The notes: generated by a model from the letters alone, not told the origin. DNA of 64,000 bases from a virus (IMGVR_UViG_3300028601_000026:25984-89983); one strand, 5' to 3'. Shown: positions 7,947-18,343, counted from the stretch's first letter. Numbers and translations: made by a program.

Positions 7947-10913
7947 GTGGCTAAGAGGAATTACAGCTCCGCGGTCATAAAAAATGGTGAGCTCTGGGTT
8001 ACGGGAGCCAATGCCCTGGGTGAACTTGGCCTTGGCGACCTGACAGATCATTGGGAGTTAACCCGTGTAGGTTCGGATAGTGACTGGGCACAGGTGGATA
8101 TCGGGGAAAGCTTTATGCTGGCCCGAAAAACCAGTGGCTCGTTGTGGGCGTCTGGAGATAACACCTATGGACAAGCGGGCCTTGGAGCTCTCACGTCGGT
8201 AGACATACTGACTCAGGTTGGCACGGATACCGATTGGGCGGCCTGTTCCTGTGGGGCACAGCATGGGGCCGCCATTAAGAGCGATGGCACCTTGTGGACG
8301 TGGGGTCAGTACACCTATGGGCGTCTGGGTCTTGGGGACTTAATCGATGCCCCGGTAACGGCTCCGACACAGGTTGGTACAGGCACGGATTGGGTAGCTG
8401 TAGCCGCCGGAGAAACGATAACTCTGGCATTGAAGTCGGATGGATCTCTGTGGGGGTTTGGCTATAACTCTCTAGGAGAGCTAGGCCTGGGTAACACGGC
8501 TACGGTCTATGCCCCTACCTGTTTATGGGAGGGCCAGGCTTTCGAGCATATCGACTGCGCTCAGGATGGCGCGGTGCTGGTACGCTCGGACGGTACTCTG
8601 TGGGCTTCCGGACATAATCTGAACAACCGGTTCACTTCTGACATTTCTCTGACCGTTGAGACCTGGACACAGGTAGGCGTGCGTACTGACTGGGCAAAAG
8701 CCGTACTGGCAACCTCGGAAGGGGCCATGCTGGCGTTGGATACCTCCGGGGCCCTGTGGAGTGTCGGCAGAAACTCCTCTGGCGCGGACGGTCTGCTGGG
8801 TCTCGGGGATACCACGGATCGTTCCGATCTGACCAATGTCACAACCCCTGCAGCTACTTGGAGCAAAATCACCGCCGGTTCCAATACCGCTTTTGCTGAG
8901 ACTTCCACCGGGGACCTTTATTCTTTCGGTTCCAATACTTACGGGGCTGCAGCCCTGGGAGACCCTGGAGTCACGGCTTACGTCACCTCCCCTACCCTGC
9001 TGACTTCTGGAACCTGGAGTCTTATGGGAGAGTGTCTTTTTGTAGAGCTTCCTGAAGAAGAAGACCCCATCATTGAAGACCCGAACTACCCCGGCAATGA
9101 GGACCCTGGTGATCCTACGATCACTTCAGGAGAGTTCCCCGGCCCCTATTTCAACGAGACCCCAGAGTGGCAGTCGGTGCACCGCTGGCTTAACAGTGAG
9201 CCCCTTCTGGCTCAGTTTGCTGACGGAGAGTTGGCTTACGATAACTGGCAGGGGCAGACTCTGACCAATCGGACCAAGCTGCTGCGGGACCGGATGGAGC
9301 TGTTTGGCAACTATCTGGATCTTACTCAATATCAACACCGTGGGCAGAATGTCATTCCGAACGTGGTGTTTGATATTTCTGTGGGAGAGCGAGATGCAGT
9401 TTATTACAACCCCGTTGATCAGACCTTTTACCCTGCCATAGCGAACAATACAGGCAAAGATGCGGTAGTCGGCCTGGCGGACGTTGCCAACAGCCTGGTG
9501 CTGTGCTCCGGGGTGGTTTCCAGACCTGATCTCTCCGGTCTAGGATTGGGACCCGGAGAAAGCCTGTACCTGTCAGCAACCGTACCGGGAGCTCTGACCA
9601 ATGAAGCCAGCTACCGGTTGGTAGGACGCTTTTTTTATGGGGACCTGGTGCAGCTTGGGGGCCCTGGAGGTGGAGGTGCCGGGACGGGGGATATCACTTT
9701 CGAGGACGTGTTTTATCATACCCTGAGAGAGTATTCAGGCTTCAGCAGGGTTGTGTACGACATCCTCAACAGTCCCAACTCAGTGCAGCCTTCGGCAGGT
9801 CTTAAGCACATTATCGGGGAGACCGCTTGGGAAGGTACGACAGGAGATACTTTTCTTACCTCTGAGATTCTGCCTCAGGAGCTGATCGATGAAGAGGTTT
9901 CTCTGAACGATTATTACGTTCATGTGGTGGCAGATGCCGCTGCGGACGTTTCTGTGGAAGCCTCTTATGACGGAGGCACAACCTACCAAAGTATTGATCA
10001 CCTCGCAGTGCAGTCGGTTACTTTGGGATTTACTTCTCTGCAGCTTCGGGTCTCCCTGGGGGGCAGTGGCAAAGTATATTCCTACGGGGTGCTGCTTCAA
10101 GTGGCTGAAACGGTAGCACAGAACTGCTCTCGAGCCGCCATGTATGAGACGCTGACCCTGCCGCAAGACATTCCCGAAGGGGCTGCGATCAGTATCCCAA
10201 ATGGTAATTATTTTAATGCCGACGGGATTTCTCTGCATGTGCACTATGATACGATCCGCTTGTTTGAGGGGTATCACTACCACGAAAATGTAAATGCTCA
10301 GGGGTTTGGTGTATCTATTACACCAATCTATGAGAAATGGCGCCCTGAGGCCGGCCATACTTTGGTATTCGAAGAGTATTACGGTTATGTTGATACTTCA
10401 GAGGAGAATCGACAGGAACTGATCAGGCTGAGCAACCTGGTGGAAACCTTTACGGGAACCCCCGGGCAGATTCTTATGTGGCCGACTACGGTGGCCCCTG
10501 TTGGATGGCTGCTGTACCGTAAGGCAACTCTGAATATTGCCGATTATCCGAGTCTGTTTGCTGTGATTGGCACGACCTTCGGAGGGGATGGCACGACGAC
10601 CTTCTGTTTACAGGATACCGCGGGGCGGAGCCCTCTGGCTGCCGGACAGGGCGATGGGCTGACCAACCGGGTTCTCGGAGATCTCGGAGGGGAGGAGCAG
10701 CATACCCTTTCCATAGAAGAGATGCCGGAACATACTCACACAGTCAACGTGGACAACAAAAACAACGTCGATCCCAACACGAGTGCTCACTCCGTAGGCT
10801 CAGACGGCAATGCCGATTATGGTTTGGATATCACTTCTTCTTCGGCAGGAGGAGGACAGCCCCATAATACTATGCACCCGTTCTTTGTCATTAACTTCAT
10901 CATCAAGTATTAA
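7947..10913 (+). CDS. Tail fibre: N-terminal RCC1 beta-propeller, internal fibre-anchor motif, C-terminal tail collar domain
   Basis: GTG start; about 7 RCC1 repeats (LWxxGxNxxGxLGLG); ETPEW...QTLTNRTKLL at aa ~402-449; collar PGQILMWP...YPSLFAVIGTTFGGDGTTTF...GGEEQHTLSIEEMPEHTH. Confidence 0.85.
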   Translation: MAKRNYSSAVIKNGELWVTGANALGELGLGDLTDHWELTRVGSDSDWAQVDIGESFMLARKTSGSLWASGDNTYGQAGLGALTSVDILTQVGTDTDWAACSCGAQHGAAIKSDGTLWTWGQYTYGRLGLGDLIDAPVTAPTQVGTGTDWVAVAAGETITLALKSDGSLWGFGYNSLGELGLGNTATVYAPTCLWEGQAFEHIDCAQDGAVLVRSDGTLWASGHNLNNRFTSDISLTVETWTQVGVRTDWAKAVLATSEGAMLALDTSGALWSVGRNSSGADGLLGLGDTTDRSDLTNVTTPAATWSKITAGSNTAFAETSTGDLYSFGSNTYGAAALGDPGVTAYVTSPTLLTSGTWSLMGECLFVELPEEEDPIIEDPNYPGNEDPGDPTITSGEFPGPYFNETPEWQSVHRWLNSEPLLAQFADGELAYDNWQGQTLTNRTKLLRDRMELFGNYLDLTQYQHRGQNVIPNVVFDISVGERDAVYYNPVDQTFYPAIANNTGKDAVVGLADVANSLVLCSGVVSRPDLSGLGLGPGESLYLSATVPGALTNEASYRLVGRFFYGDLVQLGGPGGGGAGTGDITFEDVFYHTLREYSGFSRVVYDILNSPNSVQPSAGLKHIIGETAWEGTTGDTFLTSEILPQELIDEEVSLNDYYVHVVADAAADVSVEASYDGGTTYQSIDHLAVQSVTLGFTSLQLRVSLGGSGKVYSYGVLLQVAETVAQNCSRAAMYETLTLPQDIPEGAAISIPNGNYFNADGISLHVHYDTIRLFEGYHYHENVNAQGFGVSITPIYEKWRPEAGHTLVFEEYYGYVDTSEENRQELIRLSNLVETFTGTPGQILMWPTTVAPVGWLLYRKATLNIADYPSLFAVIGTTFGGDGTTTFCLQDTAGRSPLAAGQGDGLTNRVLGDLGGEEQHTLSIEEMPEHTHTVNVDNKNNVDPNTSAHSVGSDGNADYGLDITSSSAGGGQPHNTMHPFFVINFIIKY

Positions 10914-10940
10914 CCTTTGCTCCCTGCTTAGGATCTTAAT

Positions 10941-11417
10941 GTGCCAGCAGTAGTCTATACCCCAAGAGTGGACGGTAAGCGGGAGTTTCAGGCGAAACCC
11001 ACGGCAGCAGATCGTCCAGTGCTAAATCCTATGCTACTCCTGAACGAAATGGAGTCGTTACGGGAGGAGGTGCGCAAGCACTACGAAGTGATGGGCTGCG
11101 TTCCTGGACTGGTTCCGGGGGATGCTACACTGACCCTCTTTGTGTGTGGGTGGGATATGTATCTTCCTCAGGTCGTCGGAGTATCTACGGCACGAGCCTG
11201 TGTTGCCGCCAGTGCGGATTTTGTCTTGAGCCTTTGGCGGAATGAAACACAGATCGGAACTTTGACATTTGCCGCAGGGGAGACTACCGGAGTGTTTTCC
11301 TGGGAAGAAACGTCTCCGGCTTTTCAGGTAGGAGACATTTTTCGGATAGTGTCTCAGGCACAGGAAGACTTAACCCTGGCAGACATTGCATGGCGCATGC
11401 TGTTTTATCGGAGCTAG
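10941..11417 (+). CDS. Tail-associated structural protein; shares N-terminal ~40 aa with 15757..16314
   Basis: MPAVVYTPRVDGKREFQAKPTAADRPVLNPM versus MPAVSYSSRLDGKREFKSTPSAADRPALNPM. Confidence 0.7.
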   Translation: MPAVVYTPRVDGKREFQAKPTAADRPVLNPMLLLNEMESLREEVRKHYEVMGCVPGLVPGDATLTLFVCGWDMYLPQVVGVSTARACVAASADFVLSLWRNETQIGTLTFAAGETTGVFSWEETSPAFQVGDIFRIVSQAQEDLTLADIAWRMLFYRS

Positions 11418-11418
11418 G

Positions 11419-12309
11419 ATGCTGGTCAACCTGCAGACATACCGGGCAACCCTCTGCTATTTTTCGAACTACGACGTAGCTTTTGCCGATACAGACAGTG
11501 GGGAGCGTTGGGAGGCCTACACTAAAAATAGCACGGAGATTTATGTACGACGTCGCTCTGCTTTGGGTGTTTGGGATCCGGAGATTCTGGTATCGATTGG
11601 GATCCACCTAGACATCCTGTACTTGAATGGTCATATCAATCTGGTCTTTGAACATAATGGCAAGATCTACTGGAGGGCTTGGCCTGAGAATACCTCTCCT
11701 GCATTCATCAAGCCGCCAGGCTTGTTGACAGAGAGTGTTTATTTTGAGTTTGAGGATCTAAGCGCTTTTTCTATGACCCGTGTCGATCCCATTGAGCCTC
11801 GGTCTTACGATGAGGTGTCTTTGACCTATGGGGATCTCAGCTTCCTCGCCTATGATGTACAGGAAGCTCCTGGTGTCGTGTCCCGGGAAGACGCCTTTAC
11901 GGTATTTTGGGCTGCTCCCGGATCTTTGCGAGGCAGTCATCTGCTTGGGTACCGCCTTTATCACAAAGACCTTACAGGTGTCGTTACCTGCGTCAACAGT
12001 ACCCTGCTCCCGACCCCCCAGTATATTGGAGACGTCTTTCCAGGCACCTACTTTGCCACGGCTTGCATTTCCCCAGGCCCTGCTGGGGAGTTGTGGGAGG
12101 AGAGCCCTGCGGGAAGCAGTCTTACCGTATTGGAGACAGAAACTTGGCAGCAAGAAACTGTTCCTGTGGTAGGTGCGGATTTTTCCCTGGCAGCTTTGAC
12201 CAACTTTGAATTTTACAGCGAGAACAAAAAAGACGAGGTGGTTTTTCTCTACAGCGACCTCGCCTTTTTTTCGATGACGAGCACTGTGCTGGACTACACG
12301 CCTATTTAA
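11419..12309 (+). CDS. Tail-associated protein, possible FN3/Ig-like C-terminal domain
   Basis: Start MLVNLQ directly after the upstream stop (tag-g-atg); VFWAAPG...LGYRLYHK...YFATAC resembles a fibronectin III pattern. Confidence 0.6.
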   Translation: MLVNLQTYRATLCYFSNYDVAFADTDSGERWEAYTKNSTEIYVRRRSALGVWDPEILVSIGIHLDILYLNGHINLVFEHNGKIYWRAWPENTSPAFIKPPGLLTESVYFEFEDLSAFSMTRVDPIEPRSYDEVSLTYGDLSFLAYDVQEAPGVVSREDAFTVFWAAPGSLRGSHLLGYRLYHKDLTGVVTCVNSTLLPTPQYIGDVFPGTYFATACISPGPAGELWEESPAGSSLTVLETETWQQETVPVVGADFSLAALTNFEFYSENKKDEVVFLYSDLAFFSMTSTVLDYTPI

Positions 12310-12345
12310 GGTGGTTTATTCATTGTTTACTGAGGAGCATCGGGT

Positions 12346-12804
12346 ATGGATGGGTTGTCGTTAAATATCAAGGGGTATGTCGAGGTAGCTCTGCGGGATG
12401 CCAGGACTTTGGAATTGAAGGCGGAGAGTAACCAGCCGAATCTGGTTGTGCCCAATGGGCGCAAGATTCTGCTGACACCTTTCAGTAACCCTTACCTATA
12501 CCTTAGCAGCTTTACCGGTCCGGTAACTCGGTCATTGACCACTGTGCCCAATTCTCTGACCTACTCCAGTGTGGCTTCCGGAGATATTTTAGCCAAGGTC
12601 ACGGGGACTACGTTCAGTAAGCGCTACCGTAACCAGTTCGGAGCCCCCACATCGACACGCACCATCTATTCGGTGGCTTTGGCTTATAGTACGTCTTCTG
12701 GGAACCTGGTGGCTATGACCACTCTCCTGACCCCTATTGAGCAGACTGTGAATGATATTGTGGATGTGTACTACACCATTATTATGAGCCCCTACACGGC
12801 TTGA
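12346..12804 (+). CDS. Tail fibre-associated small structural protein
   Basis: RBS gaggag; N-terminal KGYVEVALRD...NLVVPNG pattern similar to 7428..7931. Confidence 0.6.
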   Translation: MDGLSLNIKGYVEVALRDARTLELKAESNQPNLVVPNGRKILLTPFSNPYLYLSSFTGPVTRSLTTVPNSLTYSSVASGDILAKVTGTTFSKRYRNQFGAPTSTRTIYSVALAYSTSSGNLVAMTTLLTPIEQTVNDIVDVYYTIIMSPYTA

Positions 12805-12819
12805 CTAGGAGCAGGTAGC

Positions 12820-15102
12820 ATGAACGGTTACGCCTTTTTGTCTTTGGTTAACGAAGACGGATCACTTCAGGAACAGCAAGGTCGCAAGAACGCTGTTATG
12901 GCCCTTGGGGTGGATCGATTTTTGTATTACATGTTTACGGGTTCTAACCATTATTCAGACCATCTCACTACCTCTTCTGGGAATTACGGGGAGGGGTACA
13001 TCAGCATTTGCCCTTTTACAGAGTTGAATACAGAGGATTTTCGGCAGGCAGATGGTTTTATGGGGTACACGGAAACCTTGGGACGAGCCTCCAATCTGAG
13101 CACCTCCTACTATAAGAGATATGCTGAGAAAACCTGGGCTACTGGGGATGTAATTGGCAATTTTAAGTCTTTGACTCTCGCTGTGAATGATTATGGCTAT
13201 GCTCGCCCCCTGATGGCGGTGCGGCCTTTCAACTTCAGCAGTGTGGGACGTACTTGGGGGCATGCCCCGGTAGATACCTCTGTAAGAGTTCCTTATCTTC
13301 TCTATGACTCTGGGTACACGGGGGAATCGGAAGGGAAAGCCGTATTTGGAGGAACCCCGTCCTGTACAGAGGCCGACTGCAACAAATTTTTTGCGGTATT
13401 GACTCAGGGTGGGGTTACCGGGCAGAGTGCTTATAAGGTATTGGCTGCTCCCATGTACCCAAAGCAGCTAAGTTTTTATAATTATTACCGAAAAGAGTTG
13501 ACCGCTTTTCCAGGTTTTTATGTCAAGCCATACCAGTCGCGCTTGCGCTACCGCGCTCGGGATGGGGTGGTCTGGGCTTACAATTATTGGAGCTACTCTT
13601 CCAAGGTTACCTATGTCGGAGCGCTGTATGCCTATGATACGAAACGGGGGATAAACAATGGCCTAGCACAAACACACTACCGGCCAGAGGTCACGGCCTC
13701 AGCTCGTTACGACATGAACGGGGTGGCCATTGAAGAGGGGGGGCGCTCTGCCTGGTGTACATTGACTCCGGTGTCTCAGGGAGACGCTTACCAGCCAGTT
13801 GTGCTGCATGCCACCATAAACACAGCTTCCGGGAATCTCCTTCATGAGAGGTACAGTACTCAGGATATCCTGACCAGCAGCGGCCTCACTCAGACCACAC
13901 CGGAATACTACGATTTCAGTTCACCAATGATCTGCCCGTTGACAGGGGATTTGTTTATCTGGACCTCTGATGAAAAAGAGCATACCGGGCTGTACCGGAG
14001 AAATACTACCACCGGACAGTGGGCTCGCCTCCCAAATACGCAGGATAAACGCCCTTGCTTTGCACTGAGCACAATTGATTCTCGGGGATATATTTATTGG
14101 GTGGTTGCAGCTACGGGAGAGCTGATCAAGTACAATACGGTAACCAATCTGATTGAGGCTACCTACAGCACTTCCAGCACCCCGGCTCTGGCCTTTCCAA
14201 TCACAGACAGTTCCTATATGTCAACGCGTGGAGACTTACTGTGCGTGGATTTGCAGGATAATCTCTGGATTGCCCACAACACCGACAATGCTGGGGTATC
14301 TTGCCTGTCGGCAGACGGTACAACCCTCATAAATTACAACACCTCTGCAGCAGCTAACAGCTTTTTTAATCGAGATGCTCCCGGGCTTCCAAGCAATTTG
14401 AAGATTGTGGCTCTGGCGTGTGACCCCTTCGGTCGGATGTTGGCTCTGCCGGCAAACTATGCTTCTATCGGAGTGTTTGAGGCAGGGCAGTGGTTTTCTT
14501 GGCATTATGGGGGAGATAGCGCCATTCTCGACATCACGCCCTTTGAATACGGGATTTTGCTGACTCGGACTACTCATCAGACAGCCTACGCCTACTATTT
14601 TGAGCATGTCCCTTATCCTCTGGTCAGCTACGGCTGGGATGGCTCTCAGTGGGTTATGGGGCATTCGGGATCCAAGCCTACCCATGCCACGGAAGAGGAT
14701 GTCGTGGATGGCCTGACCCTGCGGTTTGAGGCAGATAAGAGCTACATTGAAGGGGAGTGGTTCTCCACCGTAGCTGGAACCGGCATCGTCAAGGACAATC
14801 TGCAGACCTTGACTGTGCGCTACAACTGGTACGCCGCAAATCTGATCTATACAGAAAATGAAACAATGACTGCGGCAGAGGGTTTGTCTCTGGCGTGTGC
14901 CCAGGACCCCGCTTTTCTGATTTGCGAGAGGGATGAATTGGTTTCTTGGAGTGCCACCTTGGATGGCATTCCAATTACCTTGCAGACAACTACACCTTCA
15001 ACCTCTGGGCAGGTCTATGTTTCCACTGGAGGAAGCCTGACCTTCCACGCGGAGGACCTTGGGAAAACTTTTAGTATCAGCTATTACTGGCTCAAGGAGT
15101 AA
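12820..15102 (+). CDS. Large tail fibre/receptor-binding protein with beta-propeller-like segment
   Basis: 760 aa, Tyr/Thr/Ser rich; DSRGYIYW, DLQDNLWI, DPFGRML repeats typical of NHL/ligand-binding propellers. Confidence 0.65.
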   Translation: MNGYAFLSLVNEDGSLQEQQGRKNAVMALGVDRFLYYMFTGSNHYSDHLTTSSGNYGEGYISICPFTELNTEDFRQADGFMGYTETLGRASNLSTSYYKRYAEKTWATGDVIGNFKSLTLAVNDYGYARPLMAVRPFNFSSVGRTWGHAPVDTSVRVPYLLYDSGYTGESEGKAVFGGTPSCTEADCNKFFAVLTQGGVTGQSAYKVLAAPMYPKQLSFYNYYRKELTAFPGFYVKPYQSRLRYRARDGVVWAYNYWSYSSKVTYVGALYAYDTKRGINNGLAQTHYRPEVTASARYDMNGVAIEEGGRSAWCTLTPVSQGDAYQPVVLHATINTASGNLLHERYSTQDILTSSGLTQTTPEYYDFSSPMICPLTGDLFIWTSDEKEHTGLYRRNTTTGQWARLPNTQDKRPCFALSTIDSRGYIYWVVAATGELIKYNTVTNLIEATYSTSSTPALAFPITDSSYMSTRGDLLCVDLQDNLWIAHNTDNAGVSCLSADGTTLINYNTSAAANSFFNRDAPGLPSNLKIVALACDPFGRMLALPANYASIGVFEAGQWFSWHYGGDSAILDITPFEYGILLTRTTHQTAYAYYFEHVPYPLVSYGWDGSQWVMGHSGSKPTHATEEDVVDGLTLRFEADKSYIEGEWFSTVAGTGIVKDNLQTLTVRYNWYAANLIYTENETMTAAEGLSLACAQDPAFLICERDELVSWSATLDGIPITLQTTTPSTSGQVYVSTGGSLTFHAEDLGKTFSISYYWLKE

Positions 15103-15107
15103 GCTGC

Positions 15108-15719
15108 ATGGCCACTCCTGTATCCATCGATCCGGAGCACCTCTATCGTATCACGGGAGACGGGTACGTGGTGCGCCCTTTGCTGCTTCGGCGAGACAGC
15201 ACTCTGTATTTTTTCGGTCTGAAAAAAGTCTCGGAGGATGCCGATTACGGCCAGCTGGTTTACCGGGAACTCACTTTGACAGATGAGGCTATGCTGCCTC
15301 TGATGGAGGAGTTCCCTTACGATTACTACATCTACTACTCCGAGCCTTATATCCTGGTAGGCAGTGAGCGGGTGCTGTCTGAGACTTCCTTGAAGGTGTC
15401 CGAGCCTTTTTACCTGGTGGATGACACGCAGGTGTTTATCGCCAGTACCAGTGACTCTGGCATTCAGGTAGGCAAGTACGATTTCACCTCACAGCATTAT
15501 TATACCCAGCAGATCTCTCCAACTGGTCATACGCCTGCTGTGCTCAAAAATTTATCGGACGGAGGCCACTACCTGTTTTTCTTGGACCTGGACGAAAAAA
15601 ACGAGGAGAGCCTGTTCTTCTCGGTAAACCTGTCGGAGGATGTCTGGTCGCCTCCTGCCAAAGCTACCAAAACTCAGGAGCGGGGCCCCTGGTCCCGCCC
15701 GATACGTTTTATCAAGTAA
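15108..15719 (+). CDS. Hypothetical tail-module protein
   Basis: 203 aa ORF in tight operon. Confidence 0.65.
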   Translation: MATPVSIDPEHLYRITGDGYVVRPLLLRRDSTLYFFGLKKVSEDADYGQLVYRELTLTDEAMLPLMEEFPYDYYIYYSEPYILVGSERVLSETSLKVSEPFYLVDDTQVFIASTSDSGIQVGKYDFTSQHYYTQQISPTGHTPAVLKNLSDGGHYLFFLDLDEKNEESLFFSVNLSEDVWSPPAKATKTQERGPWSRPIRFIK

Positions 15720-15756
15720 CTACCCTTCTCCTTAATTTTGCCTCAGGAGCCTGAGC

Positions 15757-16314
15757 ATGCCAGCTGTATCCTATTCCTCCCGCCTGGACGGAAAAAGGGA
15801 ATTTAAAAGTACCCCCTCTGCGGCGGACCGACCTGCCTTGAACCCCATGCAGATTGTCAACGAGCTGGAAGCCGCTAAAGCTACCGTACTGGAAGCGACC
15901 ATTTGGCAAAGTGTGGATCTGTCTACGCTGCTGACGGATGCCAGTTATATTGGCCAGACCCGTGTGGATGGCACGGTGGCGGAAAATGCCCTGGGAGCAG
16001 GGGCGGCCCTGCGAGTCAATCAATATGGACAGTACGTTCTCGCCAGTGCTGATGCAGAAACCTTGTGCCCATGCGTGGCCTTGGCCTTGGAGGACGGTAC
16101 CGGGGTCAAAAAAGTGCTAACGGATGGATGGTTTCGGAAGTTCAGCTGGAGTTTCACTCCGGGGGCCCTTCTGTTTCTGGATCTCACTTCGGGTCTGATC
16201 AGTTCTACTCGGCCCACCGGGGAGAATAAGATGGTGCAGATCCTCGGATATGCCGAAGCCCCCTCCATTATCCGGTTCAGACCCTCCTTGAATCTTATCA
16301 AACTCGTTGAGTAG
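15757..16314 (+). CDS. Virion structural protein with DUF2190/cement-like beta domain
   Basis: YVLASADAE...VALALE...SFTPGALLFL...VQILGYA pattern; RBS aggag. Confidence 0.55.
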   Translation: MPAVSYSSRLDGKREFKSTPSAADRPALNPMQIVNELEAAKATVLEATIWQSVDLSTLLTDASYIGQTRVDGTVAENALGAGAALRVNQYGQYVLASADAETLCPCVALALEDGTGVKKVLTDGWFRKFSWSFTPGALLFLDLTSGLISSTRPTGENKMVQILGYAEAPSIIRFRPSLNLIKLVE

Positions 16315-16325
16315 GAGATTTATCC

Positions 16326-16835
16326 ATGGCAGCACTTATATTTGTGCTTCGAAACGGAATTCCCATGCATACAGACCTTGTTCGGTCTGGAGACATTCTG
16401 GCACCGGAGCGGCCTTCTGCAGAGCACCTATGGGACAGCACGATAAACGCTTGGGTATTGCACCTCTCAGGATACAAAAGTCAGTGCCTGGAGCAGGTGT
16501 ACGCAGAGTATGAGGACGCCCTGTCTCGGGGAGTGCCTTGTACGGTCGGGGAGGCTACCTATGTCATGGACGCCGGGGAAGAGCATGCAACTCGTTTGGG
16601 CGGAGGCATCCGCTTGGCGGAAATGTTGGGTCAGGTCAGTATCACATTGACAGACTATTACAATAAGGATCACCCGGGCATTCCCTTGGAAGTGGCGCAA
16701 GAGGTACTGAAGCAGCAAGGAGCCCACTATGCTCTGCGCCGGGCTTTGCGGAATTTGAAACGTACTCGGATACAGAGTGCAACCACCCGTGCTGAGGTAG
16801 AGGCTGCTCTGAAGCTGACCTTGGCTGATCTGTAG
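16326..16835 (+). CDS. DUF4376-like tail fibre assembly protein
   Basis: YEDALSRGV...YVMDAGEE...TLTDYYN...LKRTRIQSATTRAEVEA fits the DUF4376 pattern; located among fibre genes. Confidence 0.65.
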   Translation: MAALIFVLRNGIPMHTDLVRSGDILAPERPSAEHLWDSTINAWVLHLSGYKSQCLEQVYAEYEDALSRGVPCTVGEATYVMDAGEEHATRLGGGIRLAEMLGQVSITLTDYYNKDHPGIPLEVAQEVLKQQGAHYALRRALRNLKRTRIQSATTRAEVEAALKLTLADL

Positions 16836-16845
16836 GGGAACAACC

Positions 16846-17022
16846 ATGCGTACCATAACCGAGATCACCAAGGAATGTGACCATCTGTACCTACTGGAGA
16901 TGTTTTCCGTGAGTGTGGATGCCTTGCGCCGCCGACAGGACTGTGTGCAGGTGCCCGAGCTGAAGGACCTTGCCACCACCCTGGTGGATGGCACCACTGA
17001 AATCACCCTTACCGCGGAATAG
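16846..17022 (+). CDS. Small hypothetical protein (58 aa, absent from ORF track)
   Basis: Translated by hand: MRTITEITKECDHLYLLEMFSVSVDALRRRQDCVQVPELKDLATTLVDGTTEITLTAE; purine-rich RBS; fills the gap in the operon. Confidence 0.65.
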   Translation: MRTITEITKECDHLYLLEMFSVSVDALRRRQDCVQVPELKDLATTLVDGTTEITLTAE

Positions 17023-17038
17023 CTGAGAAAGACAGGGC

Positions 17039-18343
17039 ATGAAAAAAATTACGCATCAATTCGTGGAAATGCTGGATACTCCAGTGCATCAGACCGTGCT
17101 GTATGGAAAGCGGTACACAGCCCTGGATGCTCCCTCTGCCGGGTACATAGGTCGGGAAGGCTTTTTGGCCTTAACAGAGGGAAACACTCGGGTAGCTACC
17201 CTGGCTACAGAGGAGGAGCCCCTGATTGTCTCTTTTTCCGGAGGCTTTTCCGCGGACGGTCTTCAGGATGATATCCTCAAAATGACTTCCGGGTTGGAAG
17301 TCAACCTTCCCCCTGTGGGAAGAACACCCTACCAGTATATTTATGTTGAGCTTTCTGAAGACGGGACCCCGAGTCTGGGGGTTACCAACTACGCTCCGGT
17401 ATATCTGAATGCTCTGCGTCCGGTTGTCTTGAATCCCTGGATGCGTAGCAATGAGGAGCTTGGATTTTCTGTAGCCGTCAACAACTTTTCTTCCGGAAAT
17501 TACCCTTACCAGGCTACCCGTTACGGGGGAGGAAACTGGCAGACTACGCACGTAGCCTCAGTAGCTTCTCCGAATTGGTTTGAGATGACCTTTGATCAGC
17601 CGGTTTTTCTGCACTCGGCAGAGCTGATGTGCTGCTGGGAAGGGACCTCGAACGATGTCTACCTGATTGACTTTGAGCTGCAGGTATGGGACGGCGCAGA
17701 TTGGGTGACTGTAGCCTCCAAAACCGGGGGTACTCGGGTCACCAAGCAGATTCATGTCCTGGAAGCTGCCAGTATGATGCGCACAAGCAAAGCGCGTATT
17801 TTGATTACTGACGATTCCGGAGCCTCGGACATCGACTTCATCCAGTTCAAGGGTATTCCCGCTGGGGACGTGTTTGATATTGGCAGAATGCAGATGCTGT
17901 CCGGGGAAGACCTGGTTACTCCCGTGCGACGGGTTTATCTGGGGGAACTGGACCGTTCCGGAGAAACTCCGGCACTTACAATCTACGCGTTACGGGGACA
18001 GGCTCAGCTGGAAACCCAGGTTCTGAGCTACGCGCATATGGTGACGCTGTCTCACAACCTTGGCGTGCCCCCGGAGCATTACAGCTACTCGGCGTACTTC
18101 AGGGAGGGGTACGGAAACTATGTGCCTTTTCACAACCGAACCAATACCGACTCCGATTCCAACGAAAATGCTTTCTGTGGAGCACATCGACAGACACATC
18201 GTACCCAGTTCTCCTTCTGGGACGGTCGTCCGGATTTGCCGAACAATGCCGCGGTGCAATGCCCTACCGTAGAGGAGCCTACCAGCCGGAGTTCTTACCG
18301 AGCTCAGGGGATCTACTACGTGACTTTCCGACGAAACTTTTGA
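17039..18343 (+). CDS. Tail fibre/spike protein with F5/8 type C (discoidin) carbohydrate-binding domain
   Basis: WFEMTFDQPVFLHSAEL...DFELQVWDGADWVTVAS...KARILIT matches the discoidin pattern. Confidence 0.65.
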   Translation: MKKITHQFVEMLDTPVHQTVLYGKRYTALDAPSAGYIGREGFLALTEGNTRVATLATEEEPLIVSFSGGFSADGLQDDILKMTSGLEVNLPPVGRTPYQYIYVELSEDGTPSLGVTNYAPVYLNALRPVVLNPWMRSNEELGFSVAVNNFSSGNYPYQATRYGGGNWQTTHVASVASPNWFEMTFDQPVFLHSAELMCCWEGTSNDVYLIDFELQVWDGADWVTVASKTGGTRVTKQIHVLEAASMMRTSKARILITDDSGASDIDFIQFKGIPAGDVFDIGRMQMLSGEDLVTPVRRVYLGELDRSGETPALTIYALRGQAQLETQVLSYAHMVTLSHNLGVPPEHYSYSAYFREGYGNYVPFHNRTNTDSDSNENAFCGAHRQTHRTQFSFWDGRPDLPNNAAVQCPTVEEPTSRSSYRAQGIYYVTFRRNF

